64,000 nucleotides of DNA, from contig CAIIXF020000001.1 in assembly GCA_903813345.2 (NCBI GenBank), positions 46,996,001 to 47,060,000 of the forward strand, given 5' to 3'. The DNA comes from Owenia fusiformis. Lineage: Eukaryota. Below the pieces are notes generated by a model. That model did no database searches and was not told where the DNA came from. It worked only from the letters and a program-made list of their open reading frames with translations. Shown piece after piece: positions 14,637 through 28,000 of the stretch (position 1 is the first letter of the stretch; each line of letters starts with the position of its first letter). Both the position numbers and the translations under genes were made by a program.

Positions 14637-17600
14637 TAGTAGATGGGTTAACTACATTTGGACTTCATTGTATGATGCAAATGTCCCCTTTGGCATGGAA
14701 GTACCCTAGGGCAATATAAATAAATTTATCCAAAGACACAAGCTAGATGGCGCTTTATATTGGAAATATACACATTTTTCAAAATGGCCGCCAAAAATTC
14801 ACCAGAGACAATATCTTTAATTCTGTGCATGCTACAATTATAAGATTGGTGTCAAAAATACAGCAATGTGGTCGTAGAATCTATTTTATTAGATATTGAG
14901 TCTTGAAAATTAAGAACTTCCACTTTATATTCAATATATACGCGCTTTTCAAAATGACTGCCAGAAATATAACAAAGAAGATATCTTGCCTTACGAATAC
15001 TTACAAATTAAGATATCTTACCTTACAAAATGTCCCATTTGGTATGGATATTCCTTGGGGCAATAGAAACAAATTTATCCAAAGACACAAGCTAGATGGC
15101 GCTTTATATTGGAAACATACACATTTTTCAAAATGGCCGCCAAAAATACATCAGAGACAATAGTTTTGCTTCTGTGCATGCTACAATTATAGGAGTGGTG
15201 TCAAAAAATACATTAATGTAGTTGTAGAATCTATTTAATTAGGTTTCGAGTCTTATAAATTCAGCACTTGCACTTTATATTCAAAATATATGCATTTTTC
15301 AAAATGGCTGCCAGAAATATAACAAAGAAGGTATCTTCGCTTCTCAGCATGCTACAATGATAAGAGTGGTGTCAAAGTATACATTAATATCGGTTTGTAG
15401 AATCCATTTAAATAGGTCTTTCATAATAAGAATTTTGCGTTTTTAAAAATGGCCACCAGAAATATAACAATGATGATATCTTCACATCAGTGCATGATAC
15501 ACTGATACGATTGGGTGTCAAAATTTTATATTCATGGGGTAGGAGAATCAATTTTATTAAGCCTTGTGAGGTTATCGTTTTCACTTTATATTGGAAATAT
15601 ATGCAGCTGAAAATATAACAAAAATTGTATCTTTGCTAACAAAGATTGTACCTTTGCTAACAAAGATTGTATCTTTGCTAACAAAAATTGTATCTTTGCT
15701 AAAAATTTCTTTATTTCTGGGCATAATATTTCATAAAATTGGCTTCAAAATCTACAATTTTGGGAATGTAAAATCTATATAATTACTCAGATGCAAGGGT
15801 AGTTACCATTTTCCCCACCAGGTGGTTAATTCGGGTGAAATAACATTGCAGGGTATTACAAAGTTCCCTTAAACTTGAATATTCTTAATTTCTAGTGGTT
15901 CACATTTCATATTATTCGTTTGTATCTGATAGTTGTACAAATTAAAATATCTCCAGTTAAAGAAAATATTATCTGCACAACACAAGAAAAGATATTTCAC
16001 TTTTTGTGTTTTACAACATGGCGACTATGGGGAATCTCCCTGACCTAAACGTCACATTTTCGAAAAAAATCAATTTTAAAGTTGATGGACTCATTTCAAA
16101 ACCACATTTCTTGAAGTATTTTTTCATTAAGATTCAAAAATTAACATCAGTTAGACTGAATTTTTAATTTTTAATGACAAAAATAAAGATTGTTACTACT
16201 CCCATCTAGCAAATTGGATTATGAGCCTTAAAAATAATCGTTTTCGCCTTAACACAGCAACTGTGTATTTATCTTTCAATGTTCTTTTTACTCAAATTCA
16301 CCAGAAACACCAGTGTCTCTTTAATAACTTGAAATAAACATGCATCTGCAATGGTAGTGCAATTTTAGTTGTTGCAATGCAACATACATAAGAGAGAAAT
16401 GTGATAGATAGAGACCACGCAGAACAGACATACAGTTAGAAAGGGCCAGAAACCTTCTGGCGAGAGAAAATTTTGAAGTTCGGAATAGATTTCAAGGGCT
16501 GCATATTATGACAGTATTTCAGAACCCTCTTCCTCTCCTCTGACCAAATCATGGATGATGTCTCTGTTTACCAAGTCTTCCACTAATCCAACAAACAAAC
16601 TATTAAGCTTGTTGTTGATTGGCAACCATTTTGAAAAAGACATGTATGTACACACATACAGCACTGAATATTGTCATATTGAGAAAAATATTCTTATTTT
16701 CTCATTTGAACATTTAAGAGATTAAGATTTTAAGATTTTAAACGGCAATATGTCTTTCACCATAAGTACTTCCTGGCCATAAAAACAATGTGTTTTATTC
16801 CAAGTGAAGTTCCCATGATTGTTAAATATGAATCCAACTTTCTGGGAAATTATGGATTAGGATCCCACATTGGCACTTTTTTAAAATGTTAAGCTTATTT
16901 TGTAAAAAGATGATCTTCTTTCTCAATTAAAACATATCAAAAGTTGCATCACTTTATATCAACAATTACTTAAAACACTTTCAAACTATTCTACTTTTGA
17001 AGAAGTTTAAGAGCCCTTGTTAGATTGATTTAATTCTTTGTAATATTTTCCACAGCCATTGAAAAAAGGCATACATTTTCAATAAAAGGTGAAAATGTTT
17101 GTTAACTAATAGACATACAGTACAATTTCCACTGATTTCAACATTTTGGTGACATTTAGTCAATGGTAAAAATTATATTTAGACAATAAAAGAATTGAGA
17201 TCTAACTTAATATAATGTAAGTTACCATACCTTGACGACATATCTTGTAAGTAATAGCTAACCAACTCCTTCTCTGCGACATTTTGAATTTTCTGAGCCA
17301 TTAATCATAAAATTAACGCCATCTTCAATTTAATTGAGTACATATGGCCATATGACTTTGAAGGAATCTGACAATAATTGCAAAATCATACATAAGACAG
17401 ACGATGAACTGACAGACTGACGGACGGAGGACTTCATTATATCCCCACTGAACTTTCTTCGTTGGGAAAATAAAGACTATAAACCTTATCAAATGAATTC
17501 TACCACCCATTAATGTATACTTGGACATCAATCTTACTGTTGTAGCATGCATACAAGTGAAGATATCATCTTTGTTACATCTCTGGCAGCCATTTTGAAA

Positions 17601-17919
17601 AAGGCATAATTTTTTGATATGAAGAGGAAGTTCTTAACTTTCAAGACTCACACCATACTAAATTGATTCTTCACCAACAAAATGTATATTTAGGCACCAA
17701 TCGTATCATTATAGTATGCATAGAAGAAAATATATTGTCTCCGTTGTATTTTTGGCGGCCATTTTGAAAAATTTGAATATTTCCAATATAAAGCGCCATC
17801 TGGCGTGTGTCTTTGGATAAATTTGATTCTATGGTCCTAAGGTACTGTCATGTCAAAGGAAACGTTTGCATCATAGATTGAAGTCCAGACCCCCTTAAAT
17901 GCAGTTAACCCATCTACTA
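14637..17919. mobile_element. Academ-like non-autonomous DNA transposon nested in the Harbinger
   Basis: Long imperfect TIRs starting TAGTAGATGGGTTAACT; 3-bp TSD GAT; subterminal AAAATGGC repeats. Confidence 0.8.
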
Positions 17920-18082
17920 GATATTCTTATTGTCCGTCAAGCCATTGCCACTGTACTTGTCAAATATTTTTGCTAATTTGATGCGTAAGTGTTTAGATTG
18001 ACTTAAGATAAATTTCTGTCATCAACTCCTCAATAAGCTCAAGCAGATTTTTGGCAATATGTTCTGTTGCCGTGCCAATATA

Positions 18083-18543
18083 CAGGGTGACGCAAAAAAT
18101 GCCACCCACTTATTCTGGAATAACTTTGTCAATAACGACGGAATCTTCGTAATTTTTTATCAAAGATTGATGTACTTGAATTGCATCAAATACAATTTTC
18201 TGAAATTGAGATTTCTTTCTTAGCCATTATTTGTGTCATTTCTGTATTGCTTTCACATATTTTATCATTTAAATGTCATATCTACCCATTTTCCTTCATA
18301 ATTTGTGCTATATTTGAGGAACTGACTCACTTTTTAAGTAAATTTAAAAAAAGAAAGATTTCTAAATCACATTTTCGAACGATTTTGTGTCAGAGCATGC
18401 CTCCGCGGAAAATGTGACATCTCTTTATTCTTAGTTATTGATGCAATGCAAGTATACCAATCTTTCTTCCATTGAACACTCTATCTACACATAAAAGAAA
18501 GTAATTCTGAAATAAGTGGGTGGCATTTTTTGGTGTCACCCTG
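18083..18543. mobile_element. Tc1/mariner-type MITE nested in the Harbinger
   Basis: TIR CAGGGTGAC..AAAAAATGCCACCCACTTATT; TA TSD. Confidence 0.85.
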
Positions 18544-19041
18544 TATTTAATGGCTCTTCTGACATTTCTAACATAGTCTACCTTAATTAAGAGGTCGTAG
18601 TCAACACAGATTTGAAATTCATACAGTGATCATCCATTGGGAATGTTATTAACATGTACAATTGGTTACCATGCCAAGCAATTATTGTAATTACTTTTCA
18701 GTTTGAATGAAATATCCCTATGTTTTATGGTTTTGGGTCGTAATATTTGATATTAGAATGGAAGGGGAGGGGTGTTGGACACTGTTTCTTTTGACGCTTG
18801 AATTTCATTTGGGATAGTTGGAGTTTGTTTTTAATGACAATATTCGCTTAAAGATTTTGTTTCTCTTGTGTTTTCTGATCATGTTTGGTATTTTCCCTTT
18901 GAAATTATATCAATACATTTCTTATTATTAGACTCGTAAAACAAAAATACGTTTAAACTAGTTTTTACAATTTATGTCAGGCAAATTACACTTAATTTCA
19001 AGTTGACACAGTGCTTTAGATTATTTCTCAAAGTCCAACCT

Positions 19042-20222
19042 TTAATTTGGCATGATCCTGTCTTGCCATGGTACACTTCCTGCTGGAGAGTTGACCCAGT
19101 GCTTCAGAGTATTTCTCACAATCTTCCCCTTTTTGTTTGCTGTGTTGTGGCCTCTGATATTGACAGGCCTGACATCTTCCAAGTTGCAATCTCTCCTCCA
19201 TTCCCCAGGAACCATGTCGCCTCTTCTGTCCTCTTGGTCAATCAGTGCATTTTGCATTGTAGGGTACCTCATTTTCATCAAGTTGTGGAGAATGCAGCAT
19301 GTCATGACTATCAGCCTCGCTGTGGATGGCTTATGGTTCATCGTTGAGAGGGGGACCTGAAATGTTATTATGCGTTAAATTGAATTAATTTGAAAATACG
19401 GATTAATAGTTAAACTGTCATAGGTCGAATGTGGAACTCAGTTGGTTCCAATTTATGCGCATCTTTCAAATTATTTATCAAACAAAACATACTATTTTCA
19501 TGTCTCAATTAGCGGAAGTTCGAATGAAGTCTCATTTACTCGAAGTCGAATAAACGTATCTAGATAGTCCCAGGAACTTGGAGTTTAACTGTTTGTTTCG
19601 CCGACATATTATAAATTACAATGTACCTGGAATCGGTTGGCCAAAATTCCAAAGGCGTTTTCTGAAACCCTCCTAGCCCTCGATAACCGGTAGTTTAGAA
19701 TTCTTTCCTCTCTAGTGAGGGTTCTATGTCCATAGGGCTTCTGCATGTGATCACTGAGGCTGAATGCGTCATCCCCTACCAAGAAAAAAGGCATATCAAC
19801 GGTGTCGTTGGGAAATGGCTGTTGGTGTGGAAATGCGATCGAACCATCCTGCACCAACTCCAAGAATTCCGATGCATTATAGATCCTGGCATCTCCACTT
19901 GAACCATATCCTGAAATTATACAAGAGTAAGAGGATAAAATATTGTCTGTATACATTGCAAATATAGCTATAATTGTATTAAATCTATATAATTACAAAA
20001 ATTATCTCTTCTCAGCTCCACCATGAGCTGATCATATATGCCGAATTGGCGCAGTCTCTCTGGATTCAACCATTGTCTCCTCCAGATGCCACGTCCTCTG
20101 GCTCCCCTTCTCCGCCTAAAACGGCCTCTGATGAACTCATGAATGTTAAGTTGCTGCGTTAAAACTTCTTGCTGGGCCATAGCAGCCACGTACTGCAGCC
20201 TCAGTCGATCTGTGTCTTCCAT
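19042..20222 (-). pseudogene. Harbinger (HARBI1-like) DDE transposase lacking its central region
   Basis: Segments ~20222-20005, 19910-19627 (GSSGDARI, VGDDAF, SRARRVSENAFGILANRF) and 19356-19042 (CCILHN); HTH and first-Asp region absent. Confidence 0.85.
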
Positions 20223-22075
20223 GACAAAAGAATTATTTGATTTAATTTGGAATTCTCTCAATTATTCAGCTTAACGTAGATCCAATTCGTAAGTATTCGT
20301 TCCACTGCGTACAAGGTTGCAAACTGCCGCAATGGTTCGTAATGGTTCGTAATGGGATCGTCGTCAGTCGCTTGATATGCAAATTATGGGGATACGACCT
20401 TATCCCCAGCGACCTGTAACGTCACTTGACGAAGCCAATGCGAAGGTTAACCGATCGTTAACGCATTGAAACGAATTTCAACGAATGACACACGAAACTT
20501 TTATTCGCTGCAATCTTTTGAACATGTTCAAAATTTTCCGACGAAAAAGACTAATTTCAACCGAGGTAAACGCTGACAAACGCATCTATACGAACACTGC
20601 GACGTACTGTCACGAACTCGAACTAATGAGAACGAATTTGACTAATTTCCTATTCGCCACTATACGCAAGTTGACGTAAAGGGGTTTTCGTTCATATGTG
20701 AGGGGGGCTTAAAATAAGCGTATAAAATTAGTAAAATAATTTAAAGGAATATCGTTTCTATTTCATCATGTAGTGAGAACAGTCCTACATGGTTTAGATC
20801 ATTGATACTCTGCCTCTATGCATGGAATATATCACAAGTGATATGGAGCAGAGTGAGTCGATGCTCTCTAATATGAATGTTTGTGTATTCATTGAATCCT
20901 ACTTATCTCACCTGAAAAACATTTATAGATACTGGGTATAGAGATTTGTGACTTAGAGGTTGAACGTTTTTAAATAGAGCAGGTGAATGTGTCATAGTTT
21001 GTAAACAAAAGTGAAAAAATCTACCTGTTGAAGGATGATGGTTCATAAATCAATGTACAACCATACATAATTTATAGTTTATTTAACCTGTACATCCTGT
21101 TGCGGGACCAAACCCAAAATGCTATCATTACCACATAGACTGAGTGGGATAACTCTAATCAATAAAATAAAACAAACAAAAACAAGAATATCATAGAAAT
21201 ATGTCTAATCTTGACAAAGAACCGAGCAACATTGCAAATAATATGTTGGGACGAATTATCCCAAGGCCTGAAGTCAGTTTTTGCCACGGGAAGGGGGGGA
21301 GGTCCTTTTTCAGGGGGGTTCACATTTGACACGTTGGCCCAAAATCACTTGATTAGTGCTAAGAATAGTGAGAACCTGTATAATGTTGAAAGAATTTTTG
21401 GCCCTGGCTACAGGCCTGATCCACATCGTCAATTAACACTAAATAAGGCAATTACAAATCGAATGTCTGTTTAGCAGTGCTTACTCTCGTCATCCCAATA
21501 CATCCCTTTTCAAACTGCTCTTTTTAATTTTTTCATTGATTTTAGGTGTTTGATTTGATAGTAAAATAAATCAAATGACCTGCCTAATGGGTCATTTTCC
21601 CCAAAGGATTCTACTAGACAGTTGTACATACTATTTTCTGCATTAGTAATACAATAATTTGAAAAACCATTGCGTGATCATCTTATTCCTCGACTGGGTG
21701 CATAGTAATAAAAAGACCGGTGAATTTACCTAGATATAAACACTAGGTATACAAGTATAATTTAAAAAATCAAACAAAAATAGTAAAGATTTTATGATAT
21801 ATAAAGTGACATAATTTTAGTCATGTCAAAATGTCTCAAAATCTTAATCGCCCAATTATATGGTAGTGGTATTGATTTATATGATGTGTCAAAGGCTTAC
21901 TAATTATGAGTGCATCAATACGTATTATTTACAATCTAGACTAAAGATCACACCTACATCAAAATGGATATAAATGGGTTATGGACAATTCGATTCATTT
22001 TGCATACATTCATATTCTTGGATAGAGGACCGCGAAGGAAGTTAATACAATTGAACGTGAGATACCTGAGAAATA

Positions 22076-25000
22076 ATGACTGGTAAGTTCTGTTTTTTCC
22101 AAAGCAACATATTTATTTGTTCCAATGATTAACCACGGCATAGATAATATTTCCGTAATAAACATTTACATTTAAGCAAAAATAAAAAAGAAATTAAAGT
22201 ATTTTGTCATATCCGTACTTGAAGCAAATCTGATCAAAAAGTAATACTTTGGGAAAATAGTACTTGTTTGCTGATTTGATGTAAAATTGTAATATTTTAG
22301 GATATATCAGGCATAGGTTCGTTCTGGGATTTCTCTGCATTACATATTTGTTGTTAGTATCAGGTAAGAATTCGCCAATATTCTTAAAATGTAATAGGCA
22401 TATCCATTATAATCAATAAAAATGTATAGAACATTTGGACAATAATAGAAATAAGTTGAAACATCAGGGGCTTGGCCTGTACATTTAGGCCGGTTTGTAT
22501 ATTACGACATGTACATTTTGACTTCATTGACATTTTAGTTGAAAATAGGCCTTATAAAGCATATTTTTGTATTTTATTAAAGCCTGCTTCATGGCTTTCT
22601 GCGCCAATGTATATAAATATACAAAATCGTTTTGGAAAAAGATATATATGTATATGATCGTGGGATGTCAATAAATTATTATATTCGAGCTTTCCAAGCC
22701 ATGGTAATTATCATGTAGTCTACCTGAATTGGTTGTATATGTATTTTATGGTTATGATGTAAATTATTTTATCAATCGCAGTGCATTCTCAGAACAACTT
22801 GTGCCCAGATGGAGATGAATGCGATCCCCTACATGGAAGATGTGTTTCTGGACGATGTGCATGTCAACCTAATTACTACGACCTATGTGATAAGTGTAAG
22901 TGCATCCAGAACCATAGAAACAACGATGAATTTCAGATAATTGAACTGGGAAGCAAGTATGATAAAGATATAAAGCCCGCTCGCCCATCTGATGATCTTC
23001 ACTATTTGAGGTCGAAGCACCTTTTTAAAAACGGTTTTCTTCAATTGTTCTTTAGAAAGATCCGCCATTAATACTTTACATTTCTTTTCTTATACATATT
23101 ATGTACTTTTTAACATATGATCTCCGTTACCATAGCATGTGTTGACCAACTTTGATAAAACTTATCATAATGGTAGAACATAATAAGTAGATGTTTACCT
23201 GTAAATATCAAGATGATTGGTTGAATATTCTAGGAAGTATACATGCCTTTCCTAGTACCCCCCCCCCCCTTAAAATCACATCAGGGGATACAAATCTGCA
23301 TATTTCCCGAACACTGAAAAACTAGGCACAAATAACCTACATAAATAGAAATTTGCAAAACCACTTTTACACCACGCTCATCCAGTATTAGCTAACGTTA
23401 CAACGACGTTCCACGACTGAAATAGCTCCGGATATATTTGAATATACACATTATTGAAAGTAACCCAATGCAAGGCTGAAATCATAACTTTCCGGATATT
23501 CGTTTTTAAGAGTCATCCACCCATCTATCAGGCAGTATGTTCATGTTTGCAGATGAAGAACCATGTCTCGTAGAAAGATGTGGCGGAAATGGAAACTGCA
23601 TCGCTTCTTCAGAAGGAACCCCCTCGTTTGCACTTGTACCGAGCTACAGGTGTATTTGCTTTAAGGGCTTTTCAGGGGACAATTGCCAGGTTAACGGTGA
23701 GTGTAGCCAATTATACTATAAAATTAAATGCATAGTCTATAGCTATTTTCTATTAGAACAGATGTAATATCGTATTTGTCAAAATGTTCAGAGGGGGATT
23801 TGGTGACAAAAATTAAGCTAAATTACTTTTATGTTTTCCATGTTTTAAAAAGTGAAATAAATATCATTTCCTGTATTAAATACTTAATACTTACTAAGTA
23901 TAATACTTTTAATTTATTTCTCTGGAGACAAATCAAATGGTAAAATAATCCAAGAAGTTATATGAGATAAAAACCATCAATTAATTGCTCGAGTTTAGGG
24001 AAACTTATTGTATGCTGCCTGTATATTCTAACCGACCTTGGAAGCACGTCAGAATGTCATGCATATTGTTTATAGAGTTGTGTAGCAGTCCGTCGGACAG
24101 GAGATGTCAAAATGGTGGTACATGTCGTGCATCGGGCATCAATGATTACACTTGTTCCTGTCCCCACCCTTACCAGGGTAAAAACTGCGAAACCGGTAAT
24201 TAGTATAATATGAAACTTTATAATAGTGATGAGGATATACGATATCAGAACACGTGTGTGGTAAATTTGACCAAAGCTCAATATAGGCACTTTGTAAAAA
24301 CAATTAGAAAAGAAAAAAATAAACAGTATCGTAATTGCAAATGCATTGTATTGTATACTCCTATTAAAAATCACAACCTTGTACATGTGTAGGATTTTTT
24401 TATTCTGTGAGCATTTTTACATCAATTGAGACTCATTGTTTTTTAGAAGGACAATCTCGACCAACTTAAACTTACACAAATCTATTAATGTTCTCTCGTC
24501 AAATCAATTCAATACACTAAATGCAACGTGTTCAGAATCATCGCCACAATCACTGGGGGGTATCGTGATGCAACAACACCGTGTTGTTGCATCAAGATGG
24601 CCAGACTTCCGGTGATAGACTTTCGTACGATATTTTGTTTTCCCAATTTAAACCCATTTCTAGGACGAGTTGCTCAATAATCATACACGTGCAGTTAGCT
24701 CATGATCTATATTTAAAAAATCTCTCATTAGTATGCATGTAGCATCATCAAGAAGCGAGAAATTCGCGGTTTTAATTCCTCACTATTGATGCAACAACAC
24801 CACTCTGTTTATTATCGATGATGCAACAACACCAATGTGGACTTTTTTAAGCCGAGTCATCCAGAAAAAGATGGATGGATGGATGAAATAGGAAGGAGGG
24901 ATAGGACAGAATAGGATGGAACGATAAGAGAGAATAGAGAAGAAAGATAGAATAGAATAGCAAGGAATGATAAGATAGGAAGGATAGGAAGGAAAGGATA

Positions 25001-28000
25001 GGAAGGATAGATAGGAAGGAACGGATAGGGATAAAAGGGATAGGATAGGAAGGATAGGATAGAATAAGAAGGAACGATAGGATAGAATAGCAGGATATGA
25101 TAGGAAGGAAGGATGGATGGAAGGATGGGTGGATTTTTCAACATTTTCTTCGCTACTCTTGACTTTCTATCAGGATACCATCAGATCGATTTTTCAAAAC
25201 GCCATAACTTCCGAACCGGAAGTCGGATCAAAGAGAAAATTCTATTCTTCATTCAAAACTCAAACGTTAAATTTGGAGAATTTTTTATTTTGACCTACTT
25301 CTTGGACACCATATCTCAAAAGTGGGTTAAAATACTTTCTGACGGCAAAAGGCTAACACTATTAGTACACTCTTGGCTACATGTATACACAATTTCGAAG
25401 AATATAATTGAAGTGTAGTGTCAGAATCACAAAAATAAGGAAAACTTTGAATTTGACCTAGATTTTGACCTAGACATTTTTGTGTCCAAATTTTGAAGCT
25501 AGATTGCTTTTGAGGTACTCTTCATTTAAAGGCTTTCATTAAATTAAGCTGTACTCGGTCGTATATATGTCTTATTTTACACTTCAAAAATAATTTCCCA
25601 TTTACTTAACATGGGGCACCAAATTTAGCGATTTTGAGTTTTCAAAACGCCATAACTTCCAATGAGTGTTGGTTTAATGATATTGCAGTTATACAATGCT
25701 ATTATATAGAGGTTATTTACTGAGAGGGATTCAATATTGGTTTTATTCCGGGACACATTATGATATTTCCCGAGGGCCCAGGGGAAATCTGGGATTACTG
25801 TACCCCTATCAATTTACCTTTTCGGGACCTAAATCCTATTACCTACCCTTTTTATTCAATCGGGGAGAACGAATCCAAAGATTAAAATACTTCTACATGT
25901 GCGCTGTGCAAGATTTCCAATAGCTCATCGTGTCTACCGAGAACGAAAGATGTTTGTCCACCATTTGAATGATACTAACTGGTATCAGGGTCATCAAGCT
26001 ATGGAACAGGGGTTTATGATAATAGATTGGGTTACTATAGCTTGCAATGTTAAAGGCGATTGAACTATGTTATAAAACAACTTCCAGTACATTATGATAT
26101 TTAAAAGTATAAATTTTTGAAAATACGTATATAAAAATTTTTCGCCCGCAGGACGTGTATTTTGAATGCCTGGGAAGAACGCAAATGGGTACTGGCCCGG
26201 TGTTGCAATGGTAGCATTTAAAAATCTGTTCCTCTCTAGATTTATGGTCTTTTGAAATTATACTATTAATTGGTGTTGTTGCATCATTGCTCAAATCTAG
26301 AGGAGTGTTGTTGCATCTTCGGTTTGGTGTTGTTGCATCAATAGTGAGGAACTAAAACCGTGAACTTTTTGCTTCTTGATGATGCTACATGTATACTAAT
26401 GACAGTTTCTTTAAATATAGATCGTGCGCTAACTTCACGTGTATGGTTATTGAGAAACTCGTCCTAGAAATGGGTTTAAATTGGGGAAACAACATATCGT
26501 ACGAAAATCTATCACCGGAAGTCTGGCCATCTTGATGCAACAACACGGTGTTGTTGCATCACGATACTCCCCAGTGACAATAGAACGTTTTGATATTACC
26601 TTGGCCTAGTTACATAAATAGTAACTGTTATACATTTTTAGTACCGAATCAATGCTCCAGTTACCCTTGCGGACGAGGTGGAACTTGCCTAGACCGTCAG
26701 CTTTCATACCAATGTGTCTGTCATCCGGGCTTTACCGGTACAAACTGCCAGGAAGGTAAGTTCAAACAAACGTCCACAGTATCAATAATTAGGGAGTTTA
26801 CGTTAGCGCTGTTTTGAATAACGTGTACATGAAACGTGTACACTCATGGTCCCCTATGGACTATTTTCATCTCACTAGCCTTTATTTGTCCGATTCAGTA
26901 TGGAAGGTGTGAGGAAAATATCTGTAATAAGGTCCCTGTCTAAAAGAATTGATAGGTAGACAACACAAGGGGGGTATAATATTTTACATTCACGTTCAAG
27001 ATCTCCTAAATGTGTGTTATTTTTCCTCTTTCAATTACAGTGCTTGAAAAGGGTGCTTCAAATTGAGATTTTTAGTTTATTTTGTCACATGCATGTCTCT
27101 TAAAATCTATTCACCGTAATAGACTAATAAATTATAATTTACGATGATTACTCATGATAATGATATGCTTTTTTCAATTTTTCATTTGTAGAGTTGGACT
27201 TCTGCTTTATTGCTTCCAATGAAACATATGGTTATAACAGAACTTGTTCGGATCACGGTCGTTGTGAGAACATACCTGGTGATTTTGTTTGTCATTGTGA
27301 TGATGGATATACCGGGGTAGAATGTGAAACAAGTAATTGTTATTATCTTGATATCTAAGACCACATCGAAAATCAAGCATTCACCTAGCTTAAACACAAT
27401 TTATCGTAGAATAATGTTCATCATGGGCGCGTAAAGTCAAATAATTTCCAAAGGACGATTCTCGGTTTGGAGAACAGTCTCTTGGGCTAATAATCTTTTT
27501 AATGAAAAATATAGAAATATTACCCAAATTAAACTATGAATATTCAAACGAGGACATTTAAATCTACAAGATGTAAAAATAACAAATTGGTCTGAAGCAG
27601 GGATAACGCTCAATTAGACCGATTCAATAAAATACAAGTCTCGATTTGGGGAAAGAAGTTCATCAGTGTACTGCGCTAATATTTTTTTGGCGAAAAATCT
27701 AGAAATATTACCCAAATTAAATTATGACTATTCAAAAGAGGACATTTAAATCTATATTATGTAAAAAAATCAAATTTGTCCGAAGCAGGGATAATGCTCA
27801 TTTAGATTGATGAACTTCGTTCTCCAAACCGAGAATCGTCCTTTAGAATTTGGAGATTATTAATGATTGACGCATTTTTTACAGAAATAGACCCCTGTGA
27901 CTCCAGTCCCTGTCAGAATAGTGCTTCATGTTTAAGAGTAGAGGAACCGTTCGGCTATACATGTTCTTGTACAGCAGGTTATATAGGCAGGCATTGCGAA

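Larger units (their letters stand above)
13739..20709 (-). mobile_element. PIF/Harbinger DNA transposon (internally deleted) carrying nested insertions
   Basis: 23-bp TIR AGGCCCCCTCACATATGAACGAA with one mismatch between ends; TAA TSD on both sides; Harbinger transposase exons inside. Confidence 0.9.

Noticed and set aside
24857..25144. 95-aa hydrophobic ORF
   Set aside because: Translation of a simple repeat
24850..26270. RAG1/Transib transposase coding inside the RSS-like element
   Set aside because: No long ORF or recognisable transposase motif; the element is non-autonomous
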